Positions 51,701 through 64,000 are shown, counted from the stretch's first letter. The stretch: 64,000 nt of DNA from Phoronis australis (GCA_002633005.1 NMRA01000069.1:698858-762857); one strand, 5' to 3'. The notes: generated from the sequence alone by a model not told the origin. Numbers and translations: made by a program.

Positions 51701-52003
51701 ACCTAGTAGTTTACGATGCATGTCCATCAGCTGCTGTGTGAAGTTGTTCAGTGCTGTCATCTGGTGTTGCATGTTCATCCCTAACTCTTGCATTCCTGTC
51801 GCTAATACAATCTGTGTGCTGTTGACTCGGTTCCACATATTTGAGATGTCGTCGACTTGCCCGGTGATCCTGTCAAGTTCTTCCATTGGATTACGCACAT
51901 TCTCACCCAACCGTGGCAACAGTTTATCTAAGATTCCTGCAGCAAAAGTAACGTTGAACAGAAGAACACAAAAACTCAGTTTGAATTCTCTTGCAAAAGC
52001 CAT
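48789..52003 (-). CDS. Secreted C-type lectin domain protein (perlucin-like), copy D, 244 aa, 3 exons
   Basis: Exons 51703-52003 (signal peptide MAFAREFKLSFCVLLFNVTFAAG + helical neck), 49933-50130 (CPDGFKKFNNSCFFF...AKRSCEQMSSYLVEVD), 48789-49024 (YYIGGTDREREGHWIW...YTNW...WADV...FICEYDL*). Both introns are phase 1 with GTAAGT donors. Confidence 0.92.
50503..50700. mobile_element. Tc1/mariner-pogo-like MITE remnant in lectin D intron 1
   Basis: Begins TACAGTAAACTCGCG; internal GGGCG(C/A)TTA-type repeats; similar TAAGCGCCC repeats at about 56060-56125. Confidence 0.4.
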
Positions 52004-52062
52004 GATGTTCTTTCGTGCCGCTGCTGTGTACTACTTGTTTGTTGTTCAGGTTGTGTTCCAGG

Positions 52063-52130
52063 TTTTATAGTTGCCATCACGTGGATCTCATTACTTGTGC
52101 ATTCACTTGCGCAATACAAACCCGGATCCA
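52063..52130 (-). promoter_or_regulatory. Lectin D core promoter: TATA box and palindromic C/EBP-type site
   Basis: CTATAAAA on the - strand at 52063-52070, about 60 bp upstream of the ATG; TTGCGCAA at 52107-52114; a similar block (TTACGCAA...AAACCCGG) occurs upstream of lectin E at 60722-60745. Confidence 0.5.
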
Positions 52131-53550
52131 TATTTTAATACCAAACCCGGATTCAAATGTTTAATACATTTGTTCCACACGTCAGCCTAACTGCTTTCCA
52201 GGATGTTTTCCTCAGTTGTGGGATTTTGTTTTCTGAGTTTACAAGCAACTTGTGTAACCCAAGTTTCACGTTTGTTATTTTAAACTGCTGCCACTGGGTA
52301 TCTGTTTTCCATAACAGCTGTGATAGCTTTGAAATGAGCTCAAGTAGTCAATTAGATTTAAACTGACCATAAACCCCCTTCTCTCACAAAAACAACCTAG
52401 GTAAACCACTTGACAAGATTGCGAAATTTTCTGAAATTGTTCTTCTGGCAATTTGGAAATGTTCTCAGAGCTTTGGAAAATTTGCCATTTCACTACAGGT
52501 TGAGCTCAGGCTCTGAAAGTTAGCTTGTCTCTGTATGTTATTTTGTGCATGGTCTTGGATGAAAACAAACTGTCAGTTCTGTATAAACTCATAAATCATT
52601 TTTCATCTCTGGAAGAACTGTCAAATGGTCCCAAAGTTTGCTTCTTGGATGGAATGAGAGTTTATAACCACTTCAGTATAGTATTAATGTGTGGTGGGAT
52701 TTTCTCTTAGAGATATTGATGTAGCGTGGAACATCTAAACAGTCTAAATTGCATTATTGAAAGTGGTTGTCTGCCACTGGAACAGAATTCACCCTGCTTA
52801 CCCTAAAGTATTTTTAGGTTTTCTTCGTAAAGATCTTTAATTTCTGTTGATATCATAGCATTTTCTTTTGGTTTTAAATTTCAAAAAACGATCCGTCAAG
52901 TGCTCGCCACTTCCTCGATTTTTCTCCCACAAGGCAATTTGTTATGGAGAGACATAGCACATTTCTCTTGTATGGAAAATGTGTACTTTGACCTCATATA
53001 AATGAAATCTTTCCCCAATGGCATCTTTTATAATTTAGTTCTCTGTGTTTGTGAAAAACTTCTGTTAGTGTTGTTGTCTAATGGTTTTAGTAATAGATCA
53101 ATAGAGGGTGCCTCTGGACTTTTAGCTGCGTGTTGTTGTCACTCTCATTGGTAATGGTCTGATACAACGCGCCCGCATTTTGAGATCCAGTTGTCTCCTC
53201 TGAATAATGACCATCAAACTGGTCTTCAAAATAGGGACACAGTTATGTTGAGAGTGATTTTCTAATGTTTACCTTGATGATTTATTAAGTGTTCATGTGG
53301 CATTTTTGCTATGACTATCGTCAGTTGTCTTTCAACTATTGAAATAAAGATTTGTGAATGAATGAAATATGAGCAAATAAGTATGTATGCATGCCCGCTT
53401 CTCAGTCTGCATCTTTCATCTCACCATGAATGGTGAAGGGGTCAATACATTGTTGTTTTTTTTTGCAATTTACACTAACTTTTTAATTGTTAAGACACCA
53501 CATCTCTATATATTTGTAATTAAATTGTAATAAGAGCAGAAATTCTGTCA

Positions 53551-54887
53551 CCCATTTTTGCTGTTTTCGAGTCTGTTTTTTGACGCCCACTCCTCTATCA
53601 ATCAAACTGCTCTAACATGATTGTGAAAATTGGCATGTACATGTTCTTACTATGAAGAGGACTGTTGACGAGGATTTTCCGACAACTTCAACTTCTTTGT
53701 TGCCTCTCCTAGTGGCAGTTTTGTTTTTTTTGCTCCTATGGCTTTGTCTCCTAAACTGTTTTGCAGCATCTTTGCTAAATTTAGTAAGCGCATTTATTTG
53801 ATGTTGGCAATGGATGACGACGACTTTCGGACAGATCTGACAACTGGTGTGTCACCTATTGACAATTTTATTTTTTTTATGTTTTCCTCTGTGTCTTCAA
53901 AGGTCCTCAACGTATTTTCATAAAATTTGGCGTACAGGCTTCTGTTAGTGAAGTGACGCTATCTTTCCATTTTTAGATGGATTCTACCTAGTTTGCGCCA
54001 CCTAGTGGCCATTTTTACTGTTTTGGAATCTGTTTTTTGGTGTCCACCCCTCTATCAACCAAACCGCTTTCAGGATAATTGTGAAAATTGGCGTGTATGT
54101 TTTTACTATGAAGTGGACGGCTGATGAGGATTTTCCGATGACTTAAACTACTGTGGTGCCTCCTAGTGGCAGTTTCTTTTTTGCGCCCATAGCTGTTTCT
54201 CCTAAACCGTTTGTAGGATCTTTACTAAATTTAAGAAGTGTGTTTATGTGATGTTGACAACGATCGACAATGATTTTGGGATGGATCTGACTACTGGTAT
54301 GCCCCTTGGTGGCAATTTTAGTTTTACGTTTACCTCTGTATCTTCAAAGGTCCTCAACAGATTTTCATAAAAGTTTGAATATGGGTATCTATTCGTGAGA
54401 TGACGCTATCCTCCCATTTTTGGATGGAATCCAGGTACTTTGCGCCATCTAGTGGCCATTTTCAAGTCTGTTTTTTTGACGTCTACCTCTCTGTCAACCA
54501 AATCATTCTAAGGATGATTTTCAAAATTGGCGTATATGTTCTCAGTGTGAAGAGGATCATTGATGATGATGATTTTGACACCTCTGGTGCCTCCTAGTGG
54601 TAGTTTTTTGTTTTGCGCCCATAGCTGTATCTCCTAAACCCACTGGAGGATCTTTATTAAATTTAGTAAGTGTATTTATATGAAGCAAACAACAGACAAT
54701 GACAACTTTCAGGCAGATCCAATGAACACTGTGCCCTCTAGTGGCAATGACATGTTCCCATTTTCGGACGGATTGTATGTTTTTGCGCCATCTAGTGTCC
54801 ATTTTATGACACAAATAAGCAACCCTAAAGGCACACCATTTGTGATGCATTCGTGGGTGCATTTCAACGCTAGGCATTGCTCTTGTT
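53551..54887 (+). mobile_element. Helentron/HINE-like element, 5'-truncated copy 6
   Basis: Array monomers with CTAGTGG at about 53709, 54002, 54163, 54449, 54594, 54738; 3' end GTGGGTGCATTTCAACGCTAGGCATTGCTCTTGTT. Confidence 0.75.
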
Positions 54888-57821
54888 ATTTCATTGAATT
54901 TCTCAAAAAAAATTATAACTTGTTAGGAAATTAATCGCTTTTTGCATGTTTTGTACTGAACAGCTGTTACCAAATATCACTTAGAACATTTTGAGCTTTG
55001 TAGGGATGTAATAAACCTTCTGAAAAGTGCCAAAGTTAGAAATGATTTTTTCCCAAATTGAATCCATTGCCTTAATGCCTTAATGCTTTTATTTACCGGT
55101 AAATGAAAGTTGAAGGTAAAACGAAGTGATCATCGAATTGGCAGCTATCATAATGATTTCTGATTCTTTGTATTATTAACTGAACAGGAACTTATGCCAA
55201 TTTCTAGAATTTCAAGTGCCTGAATATTCAATCCAGACTAATAGTTATCGTGTATTATGAGTTTTATAAAAAATTTTAGTAAATGAGGTGGTTTTAGTTT
55301 GCACTCTTTTGCCAAATATGATGCCATAAGTTGGCACTTCGTTTTGTACAGATTGTTGTCGGTATTGAGTGGAAGTATTAGTCTCATGCCTGGCATTTGC
55401 TTGTCACAACACCGCGTGACCTGTAATGGTGTGACCATTCACCTATTTCACGAAAGCGCCATCTTCCCGCGCCATCTTTAAATACTGATCGAAAATGAGG
55501 CACACTGATAAAACCTCGTGAGCGGTCATCAGTTGGCCTTGATGGTGTACTGTGCAGTGCCTGAACGTACCAATTCCAACTCGTCGGTATCCTTCCCAGG
55601 GATATACTTAGCCACTCGCCCAGTCGCCAATGCGAGTAAAAATGGTGCTGGGCGAGTAGAAGTTGACTTGCCGGTCGCCCAGGTGGCGAGCGAATTTCAA
55701 AGCGCAAAAGCACTATATATCGTTGCCCAGATGAATATGAATAATTTTCCTCCTCCTTGTGCTGTTTTTATCATGAATTTAAGGTTCAGTTTGGTCATCG
55801 TGTCGATGCTCCGGCAGTAAAAAACATCGGCGCAGTGCGACCCTACCGATTCAGTACATGTCACCCGTTACGTGATTCGTCAAAAAAATCACAGTGTTTG
55901 ATCGTGCACAAAGAATTTGTGGACTAGTCCGAAACGAAGAAAAGGGGAGAAAGGTGGAAGACCGGTCCATGTGCTCATAGCAAATGAAATATCATATTTC
56001 TTGGAACTGATTCCTTTTTGTAATGTACAATGTCATTTTAGCCAAAATTATTTTGATAACATAAGCGCCCATGCCCCTATAAGCGTCCCCACTCATTTCC
56101 AGACTTCGCTAAAATAAGCGCCCAGTCCGTGAATGTGTAATAAGTGCGAAAAATTTCTTATCTCACAGTTCTAAAATTCTCCAGTAATGTATTCAATTTA
56201 TCAATAATATCCGACAGTCCTGAAAAATCATTGTGCGCGGAATTTCTAGTAGACCACGAGCCTCGCCCCTATGTTGGTATTTAGCCGTGACTGTACACTT
56301 AAAACCGTTCCGCAGTGCTTCAAAAAAAAACGCAAAAGATTTGCTGATCTTGCGAGGAAAGTGTCACACTATATGGTCTGGCCCTTCGAACAGACGCAGC
56401 GTACTGGTCAACGGGATTGGTATTGTATCTTTCCCGTACAGATTTTCTCCCACAACAGGAATCCCAGATTGCTTTGTACACGTAAAATTATAAAAACCGC
56501 GTGGGAAACTTGGCCAAGAAGCGCGCGCTAGGGCCTACATGAGATAAATATAACTACATATACAGCTCATTGGGCCTGCTACTCTGGCAAATGAACAGTG
56601 ATGACACGTACGCACTCGCTCACTCGGTGCACACCTGTTGACTCACTTCAATACAAACGTCACGTGACAACAACTAAGTGTTCGTCCAGATTTTTCTTGT
56701 TGCGGGGTGCGATCTAGTGCAGATTTTGACTTAATCAGCGGTTAATCCCGACTCCGAGTCCACAGGAACTTAAGAATTTTAAGAAATGCTATTTGGAAAA
56801 CTTAAGGAGGATTTGAGGTAATTTGAGTCGAAACTATTTTTACTCAAGAATTCAAGTTGTCCTATCGACGATCGCGAAGCAGCGACGCATCAGTCGGCAA
56901 GTTTTCGCCCTGGGATTTCAGCACATTTTTTTTAAAAAGATTAACAACAGAGTTTGATAGCAATGCACCACAGTTTTGTAGAAACTCTGTCATAGGTTAC
57001 ACATACGTCACAGCGGAGACCGGGTTTTAACCGCTGTAAGCTACAAAAAGCGTCCCCCTGGACGCTAATTGTTAGGGCAAATAGGGTAGCCCTAATAGAT
57101 GGTGACATCAGTGCACGAAACGATGATTTTTATTTAAACTATTAGCAAGTTTGTGGTGACTGGCGCCAACGGCCGGGTGACTGAACTTCGGGGCGAGTAG
57201 ATTTTCTGGCTCCGGCACTCGCCCAGCTGGAGAGCAGGATTTTTCAAGACTAAAAGCCTGGGTAAATCCCTGACTTCCACTTTTCCAAAAAAAGGGAAAA
57301 CTACGCAGGAATGGCTGAAGAGGGTAAAAGTTTAGTTGCCGTGCGTATTGGTATGTTTTTGGAGATCGATTCAACATCAGACAACTTGATTTTTGGTAAC
57401 GTTGATAAGTCTTTTGACCACACCACCTTGCAGGACGATGCCATGTTTGTCAAGGCGCCTCGTTTTCGATCAACACGACAGCAGCGCCCCGCGTTCGTGA
57501 AATAGGTGAATAAGAGGGAGTGTGGGAGTCTTAGAATTGTTGCTTCCTTTTATGTCAACACACTGATGCATATTGGAAGACACATTTTCAATTGGAGTGG
57601 TGAACTTGATGACATCTGGTGTTTGATATAGGCAATATAAGGGCCAGTATTTATATAATAATAACTATATATTTTACACAATCAGACTAGCTCTCAGCAG
57701 TGACATCAATATCTTTGGTCCTTTGTGTTAAGTTTCCTTCTCGTTCTGACAATTGAAAGCTACTGAGCATGTGTCCACTAGACTGTATAGGGCTTCCTCT
57801 TATCAAAAACCTTTCCGAAAA

Positions 57822-60562
57822 TTAGAGGTCATATTCACAGATAAAACCGAAAAGTTGATTGTCGGACACATCAGCCCAGTGAGGCCAGCTTCTCGAGGTA
57901 TAAGCTATGTAATCTTCTCTGTTCCGCGGTTTGGTTTCTCCCTCGTCCGTTGCCCAGTTGGTGTAGCCCAATGGTCGGTTAGTCGTCTCCCACACCCAAT
58001 GTCCCTCGCGCCGTCGATCAGTTCCACCCGTGAGATATTGACCTGGCCGAACCGGTGATTCTGCAAACAGACATAATAAACTGCAATTTGATACCTTTTA
58101 AGTTAGTTAAGGGCTCAGTTTGGCAACCTGGAGCTCGGCACGCAATGCGACTTCAGAGTGTGTTTGGTGACTTGGTCAAATCCCAAATCGCCATGAAGAT
58201 AAAGATGAGATTCTACCGCATGTTTTTAGAATATTTTGTAGAACTCTAAAAAATGAAGGAATTTGCCTAACTTATGAGCATGATATCTCAGAAGTGACCA
58301 TGCAAAACTTTCACAAACTATGCTCTATACACTGTTCTGCTAGTGTGTGTTGCACTTTTGAACGAGGGGCCATAAAAATCTTGGACTTTTTACAGATTTT
58401 CATGGCAAAGTCTAAATTTGCAAATCAAAACAAAATGATATAATGTTTTTGAGATCTCTTCTTGAACACTAACATCAACAAAAATTTGGTGATGTTATTG
58501 ATAATCGTTGTTTTGTTATCAAATACGTTAACTTTCTTTTTCATTAGCTTTTGCTAAAAATATGTCTTTGTATGACCTAATTAATGATACATTTATGTTA
58601 TAAAGTCGAAATCTAATTTTATAGGCTGGGCCCCTTTGTACTTTCAGAAAGTAATAATTTTACTTTTGTAGAGATTTGGCTTAATACACGGACTTGGCAA
58701 CAAAGTTCTATATAACCTTAAACTCATGTTAGTAATAGAACGTAAATGAGGTTGCAAACATTTAAGTCATGCCAACACGCCATCTGTTGGCCACATCACA
58801 TGACCTAATGAATATAAGTCTGAAAATGAGGATAATTCTGTGAATATCATTTTAATGTTACTACTTACTCCTCATCAGTGCAGATAGCTGCATTATCAGG
58901 AAATGATCCTCAGCGTAACTGTCCACCTCCGCTAAGTAAGAAGACATCTGCTTACAGCTTCTCCTGGCTTTTGTGCGGTTGACAGGTACGCTGCCAAAGA
59001 AGTAGCAACTGGTGTTGAATTTCTTGAAACCGTCCGCACATTTTCTTTCTTGCTGAGGGTTGAGACCTGGCGTTTGAGTAATATCGGTAAAAATCTTACA
59101 ATGGTCCCAATCTTAATTATTAATATTATTATTAATAATCATTGAGATCTTTTACGGTTAAGTTTACTCAAATTTAAGATAACGGCCAAACTTATCGTTT
59201 TTTTATTTTTCAAATACTGTATTATTTGTCAAAAATGCTCAAAATTTCTCCCTGTGTTCATCCATGACATTAGCAAATGTTTTCTAATAATGAAATAAAT
59301 TTGTTTTCTTTTTACTATTCTTGAAAATTTTGATAAAATAAAACTTTGCTGTTCCGGTATCTTATGTTCTAATTTGAAGGAACTACCATATTTCTAATGG
59401 CTTGGGATTATAAATTTTACAATTTTACTTCTCTGTACAGAACTTGATTATGGAATGCAGTTGGAAGATAAGCTTTCTCATTACATAATGTTACTGGAGG
59501 GCAGTTTTGCTGCTTACATTGTTTATGAAGCACTCACATAATTGCAGCTGCCACTGGATGTATGGTAAAGTTCTTCAATTTAGGATGGCCTGTAAAATTT
59601 GGGACAAAGATATTCCAGTAGAAATTGAATGTTCTTGATTTTGAAAATTAGTGTTCAACATAATTCTCGAATTTCAAACACAGCATTCTGTATGAATTGA
59701 GTCTGAAAATAGACCTGGGCAGTTGAACTTTGCTATGTTCTTCTTGTGTCTGAATTTGGATTTGAGCAAAGCAATTATTTTTCGCTGTCCCAAATTGGAG
59801 AATTTTTACTGTAGTTTAGTATCAATTAGTATGGAGACTTGAGAACAACCCATGGCTGTTGTCAGCAAATTTCACGATCGGCATGCAGTGCAAACTGTGC
59901 TACTCTGTGGCTTACTATATTCAGTTATTACCGTGGTGATTTATCACTGAAAGTCTCTAAAACGCAGCAATTCTTTTTAGAATTTATTTTGAAATTTTGA
60001 TCAAAATTGAACCCCAGGACTGCAGTAGTCCTAGAAAAAAATACTGGGCAAGGCCTAGACCTAAAGGTAAAGGAAAGCTTTTCTAAATACTGTTTTGTAT
60101 CAATTAAATATTATGGTAAATTTACGTAAACCTATGCCATTCTCTGACAGAAGTGATCCATGACTTGGAAAGGTTTGGAAACGGTGTCCCACTGTCATGC
60201 CCCCCTCCCCCCCACCATCCATGCCTCGTCTTGGGTTAGTCAACATCTCTACACTGTGTCTTACCTTGTACTTTACGCAGCATGCCAGTCAGCTGCTGCA
60301 TAAAATTGTTCAGTGCTGCCATCTGATGCTGCATTTTTGTCGCCAAGCCTTCCATTCCCGTCGGTGATACCGTCTGTGTGCTGTTGACTTGGGGCCACAC
60401 ATTTGTGACATTCTGCAATCCTTGAGTGATCCCATCCAACGGGTTCTGCAAGTGCTCGTTAAATTGTTGCCAAAAATCATCAATGATTCCTGCAGAAAGA
60501 GTAATGTTGATCAGAAGAAAACAAAAACACAGTTTGAATTTTGATACTCTTGCAACCGCCAT
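57822..60562 (-). CDS. Secreted C-type lectin domain protein (perlucin-like), copy E, 244 aa, 3 exons; tandem paralogue of D
   Basis: Exons 60265-60562 (MAVARVSKFKLCFCFLLINITLSAG...), 58869-59066 (CADGFKKFNTSCYFF...ARRSCKQMSSYLAEVD), 57822-58060 (YLTGGTDRRREGHWVW...YTNW...WADV...FICEYDL*). Same exon phases and total length as D. Confidence 0.92.
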
Positions 60563-60625
60563 GATGTTCTTGTCCCACTTGGTCTGTGTGTGTGTATGTG
60601 TGTGTGTTTGTTGACTTCAACTTCC

Positions 60626-60725
60626 AAGCTGTTGTAGTTGGTTGTGCTTCCCGTTATTTATCCAGTCAGTTACTAAGCTGTTGTAGTTGGTTGTGCTTCC
60701 CAGTTCAATTTATCCAGTCAGTTAC
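60626..60725. repeat. ~50-bp tandem duplication in the lectin E promoter, next to a (TG)n tract
   Basis: AAGCTGTTGTAGTTGGTTGTGCTTCCC...ATTTATCCAGTCAGTTAC twice; (TG)n at about 60585-60607. Confidence 0.85.
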
Positions 60726-61342
60726 GCAAGACCAAAACCCGGGATCTAGCTGCTTATCTCACTGTTTAGATCTGTCAACATAAGTGTCTTCCGGCCAATC
60801 CAAGTGTCTTCCAGGATATGTCACTGAACCCTCGATCATTACGCAACTGGATCATACTTGACCGTGAGAATGGTGTAAGAAGGAAACTAAATTTTTTGAC
60901 ACACTCTATGCACTTAAAATAAAACAGAAAATCATTTTGTTCTGTAGTGTTTTCGTTCGTTGGGCCATGAGAAGCATACAGTTGTACGCATTTTAGCACA
61001 CAAAGTGACACCAGTTGCTGATCAAGTAGTAGGTATACCATTATGAAAAGAACTAGATATCCAGAAATGTACCAGTTGGAGCCCCCAACTATTCATAGCA
61101 AATGAAGACACCCACATGTTTGTAAATTGCAGAACCCAATAGGGTCAACAACTAACGGACCATCAGTTACACTGTGGTCATGTAACACTTAACCACAGTT
61201 ATTACAAAATTCTGTGATCTTTTTATCATATTTTTACTGTAGCAGGATCTTAAGGACCTCTGTTATTCATAAGTGGTTGATTTACATTAAAGCTTATATC
61301 AAGTAGTCATGTTTTTCATAGTGTCTTTATTGAAAAACGATA

Positions 61343-61517
61343 AACCAGACCCTATTCTTCAACACCCATTCCCATGTTTGTGACTTGCACAGCGTATTTT
61401 TGCATATTTGTTGCACTATAGGCCAATAGCTTTGAAGTATATACACTATATATACTTTGAAAATACACCATGCAAGTCTCAAACATGACGTTGGGTGTTC
61501 GAGGATAGGGTCTGGGT
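61343..61517. mobile_element. Small foldback MITE
   Basis: CCAGACCCTATTCTTCAACACCCA...CATGTTTGTGACTTGCA pairs with TGCAAGTCTCAAACATG...TGGGTGTTCGAGGATAGGGTCTGG; TA flanks. Confidence 0.65.
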
Positions 61518-63908
61518 TAGAGGTTGTGTTTTATTTGTATTATAAGTTTAGGGATTAGTGTTTTGGAAATGGAAGGGAGGGGTGATTTATTATTTGGGTA
61601 GTCTGGCAAGGTACACATCATTTGTTACTGTGTGGCTGCTTCTGGGTGAGAAATATACTTCATACTGAGACAATCTTCATAAAAAATTGAAGATTTTCTG
61701 AACCTTGGTTAAGAGATCCAGCAGATGAAAATTGTCTGCAAAGTCTGCAAAAAATACGGTAACCTCAGTATATGCCATAGATTATACGGAAAAATTTAAG
61801 TCAAATGCTGCAGTCTGCTTAATTGAGTAAGTGACATCGCATCAGTCTCTCACGGACTTCAGGTTGGCTAATGGTGTTGTTATCGAACTGGCCAATAGTA
61901 TGCATTTTAACCAGACGACGCGGCAACATCCCTAACTCAAGTAAGCAGATTCCAGTATTTGACTTAATTTTTTCTGTTTGTATTTTGTTTCGTCAACTGC
62001 ATATCTCAAACCTTTCATGCCATAGATTATGTTTTTCAAAACAAGAAATGCACAATTTATGAGATATACTAAGGTATTGGTTTGCAAAATGTTTGGGTAA
62101 ATTTCTCTTTTGCAAGATCTCTTCGACAATGAATCGAAAACCCGAAGTGCGTAAAACCCTGTATTCATATCATTTTACTGTATAACGGTGATAAAATACA
62201 AATCATATGAGTTTTAGCAAGTTTTTTGGTGATATTTATTACCTTCGACTTCGTCTGCAGTGAAATTTTTCCAATATAGGTTGCAGTGAGGCGGAAAAGT
62301 ATAAATTATTTTAATCATTCCCCAAAGTTTTTCTGAAAAAGATATATAACATCCAAATGTAACGCTTTACCAGTCTCAGCTACACCATCAAAATAATTGG
62401 AAGACAATGTGAGCATTCATAACAATGCTTGAAGCCATTGAAAATTGAGAAAAAGCAATTTTGGCAATTATTTTTTCGGAAATTAATGATTTTATGGTAA
62501 TTCAATTTGTAAACCGCTCCCGGTGATTACATAGGGTGCGTCTTCAAGGTGACCTTCAGGATTGTACTGACATATCATTAGAACAGGCAAAGTATTTAGG
62601 TGTGACACTTATTAGAACAAACTAATGTGATATATTTCCGTTTTATACTGGGCTGGTAGTGAAGTAATATATATGTGTTGTATGGAAACCAGCTGAATGT
62701 TTGCTAGTTAATTCACTGAACTGTTAATGTTAAATGTGATTTACATACTGAAGTAACTGTTTCACATTTTAGTGATGTATTAACAAGTAACAATGGTACC
62801 ACTCCTATGACCTACTACATTATATAAAGTTTCTGTACTTCACAATTCATATTGGAGCTTGTCAGAATTCAGAAAAAAGGCGAGGTACAGTTCACTCAAA
62901 AGAACTCTGTTGAAATGATCTGGAATTCCCAGCCGTCACGTCTGAACAGAACTCTAGTTCGTGGTCAGAGTAGTCTTCCGTCATGACTTGGAATTAAGGG
63001 GAGCCCAAGTTGAAAACTTGTGAGATGGCTTAGCCATTCATCTGTAATTAGAATTTGCCTCCATGATAGTCATACTGGTCATTTTTGTTCTTAAAAAAAT
63101 AGGGTAAAATCTACAATTTAGGACACAATATAGCGAACAACTGAAATTTTGTTTCACATTTTCCATGCTACAAATGGTTGCGATAAATTCAATGCATTTT
63201 GATGTTGAAGTTTTGTACCTCAACTACTGTTGGATAAAGTTTTGAAAAATTGTTAGCTTACACCATGATGTTAGAAGCCCTCGAAAAATCAAGAAAGGGC
63301 TTTTTGTGCAGTTGTTTGTTTCTGTAATTGGTCACATTTTACCATAACCATCGTAATGGGGAAACGGCATTTTGTCTGTTTACCTTTATCAGGTTCTGTG
63401 TGGTGCTTAGTCAGTACTAAGGGTGCCATGATTAAGCAAATTGTTATCAAATCCCAACAGTTGCAAGAACAACCGATTTTGATATGGATGTCCCAATATC
63501 CATTTCGATTTCATTCTTAGTTTCAATTTTCACCGGTAGATGTCTTTCAAAGTCACAGCTTATTTGTTTCTCTTGAGATATTGAATAAATTAAGAGCTCG
63601 GGATCGTTCACTCGTCGGAATCTTGTCGTATTTAATACTTATCCACTTCCACAACAGGGAATATTGAGAGTGCTCAACGAGCGCAGTTGTCACTAGAAAA
63701 TGTCTGAGGAAAAACTTAAAGTGAAAAAAATGAAAGTTTTTCACTCTTTGGAAATTGTTTTTCATGCTGAAATTTCTAAAATTAGTATGAGTGGCAAGTT
63801 TACTTATATTTGAGAAAATTGAAAATAAGCAAATCAAATTCTTCGTTAAACAACTGGATTGAACTTGAACAGGAATTCCTACAAATGTGAGTTGTCTTAA
63901 TCCTGTGC

Positions 63909-64000
63909 AAATGAAGGTGATATTCAAGTGCAGGTGATATTCAAATGAAGGTGATATCCAAATGAAGGTGATATTCAAATGAAGGTGATATTCAAATGAA
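63909..64000. repeat. 17-bp minisatellite running off the window end
   Basis: Unit AAATGAAGGTGATATTC, at least 5 copies. Confidence 0.9.

Noticed and set aside
57010-57036. Hairpin CAGCGG...CCGCTG as a possible tRNA or ncRNA
   Set aside because: Single short stem with no cloverleaf and no A/B boxes.
55400-57520. CpG-richer stretch with several short ORFs between the lectins, considered as a gene or transposase
   Set aside because: No coherent exon chain or catalytic motifs; it looks like mixed transposon remnants whose ends I could not define.

Overview
AT-rich, intron-rich animal genomic DNA. Gene and repeat content suggest a lophotrochozoan or mollusc-like invertebrate (inference). All gene models below were spliced by hand using GT-AG sites and phase consistency; family calls rest on remembered sequences, not database searches. 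Five protein-coding genes are supported: (A) the 3' part of a + strand gene (1-17700) encoding ARM-like repeats, a ~730-aa acidic linker and a C-terminal domain resembling katanin p80 con80; (B) a complete 13-exon HBP1 orthologue on the - strand (21435-37310; AXH + HMG box) with two extra N-terminal zinc fingers and a candidate internal TATA promoter that would skip them; (C) the 5' exons of a CENP-K-like gene on the + strand, head-to-head with HBP1; (D, E) two tandem 3-exon secreted C-type lectin-like genes on the - strand, probably nested in a CENP-K intron. The main non-coding signal is six copies of a non-autonomous Helentron/HINE-like element. Its internal array of ~145-160 bp monomers carries one near-consensus CTCF motif per monomer, and the five copies in established introns are all sense to their host gene, as is the sixth if CENP-K spans it. 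Also present: a solo-LTR-like insert with a dense heat-shock-element cluster, several MITEs with visible TSDs (6, 8 and 10 bp) and minisatellites. No rRNA, tRNA or CRISPR array was seen.
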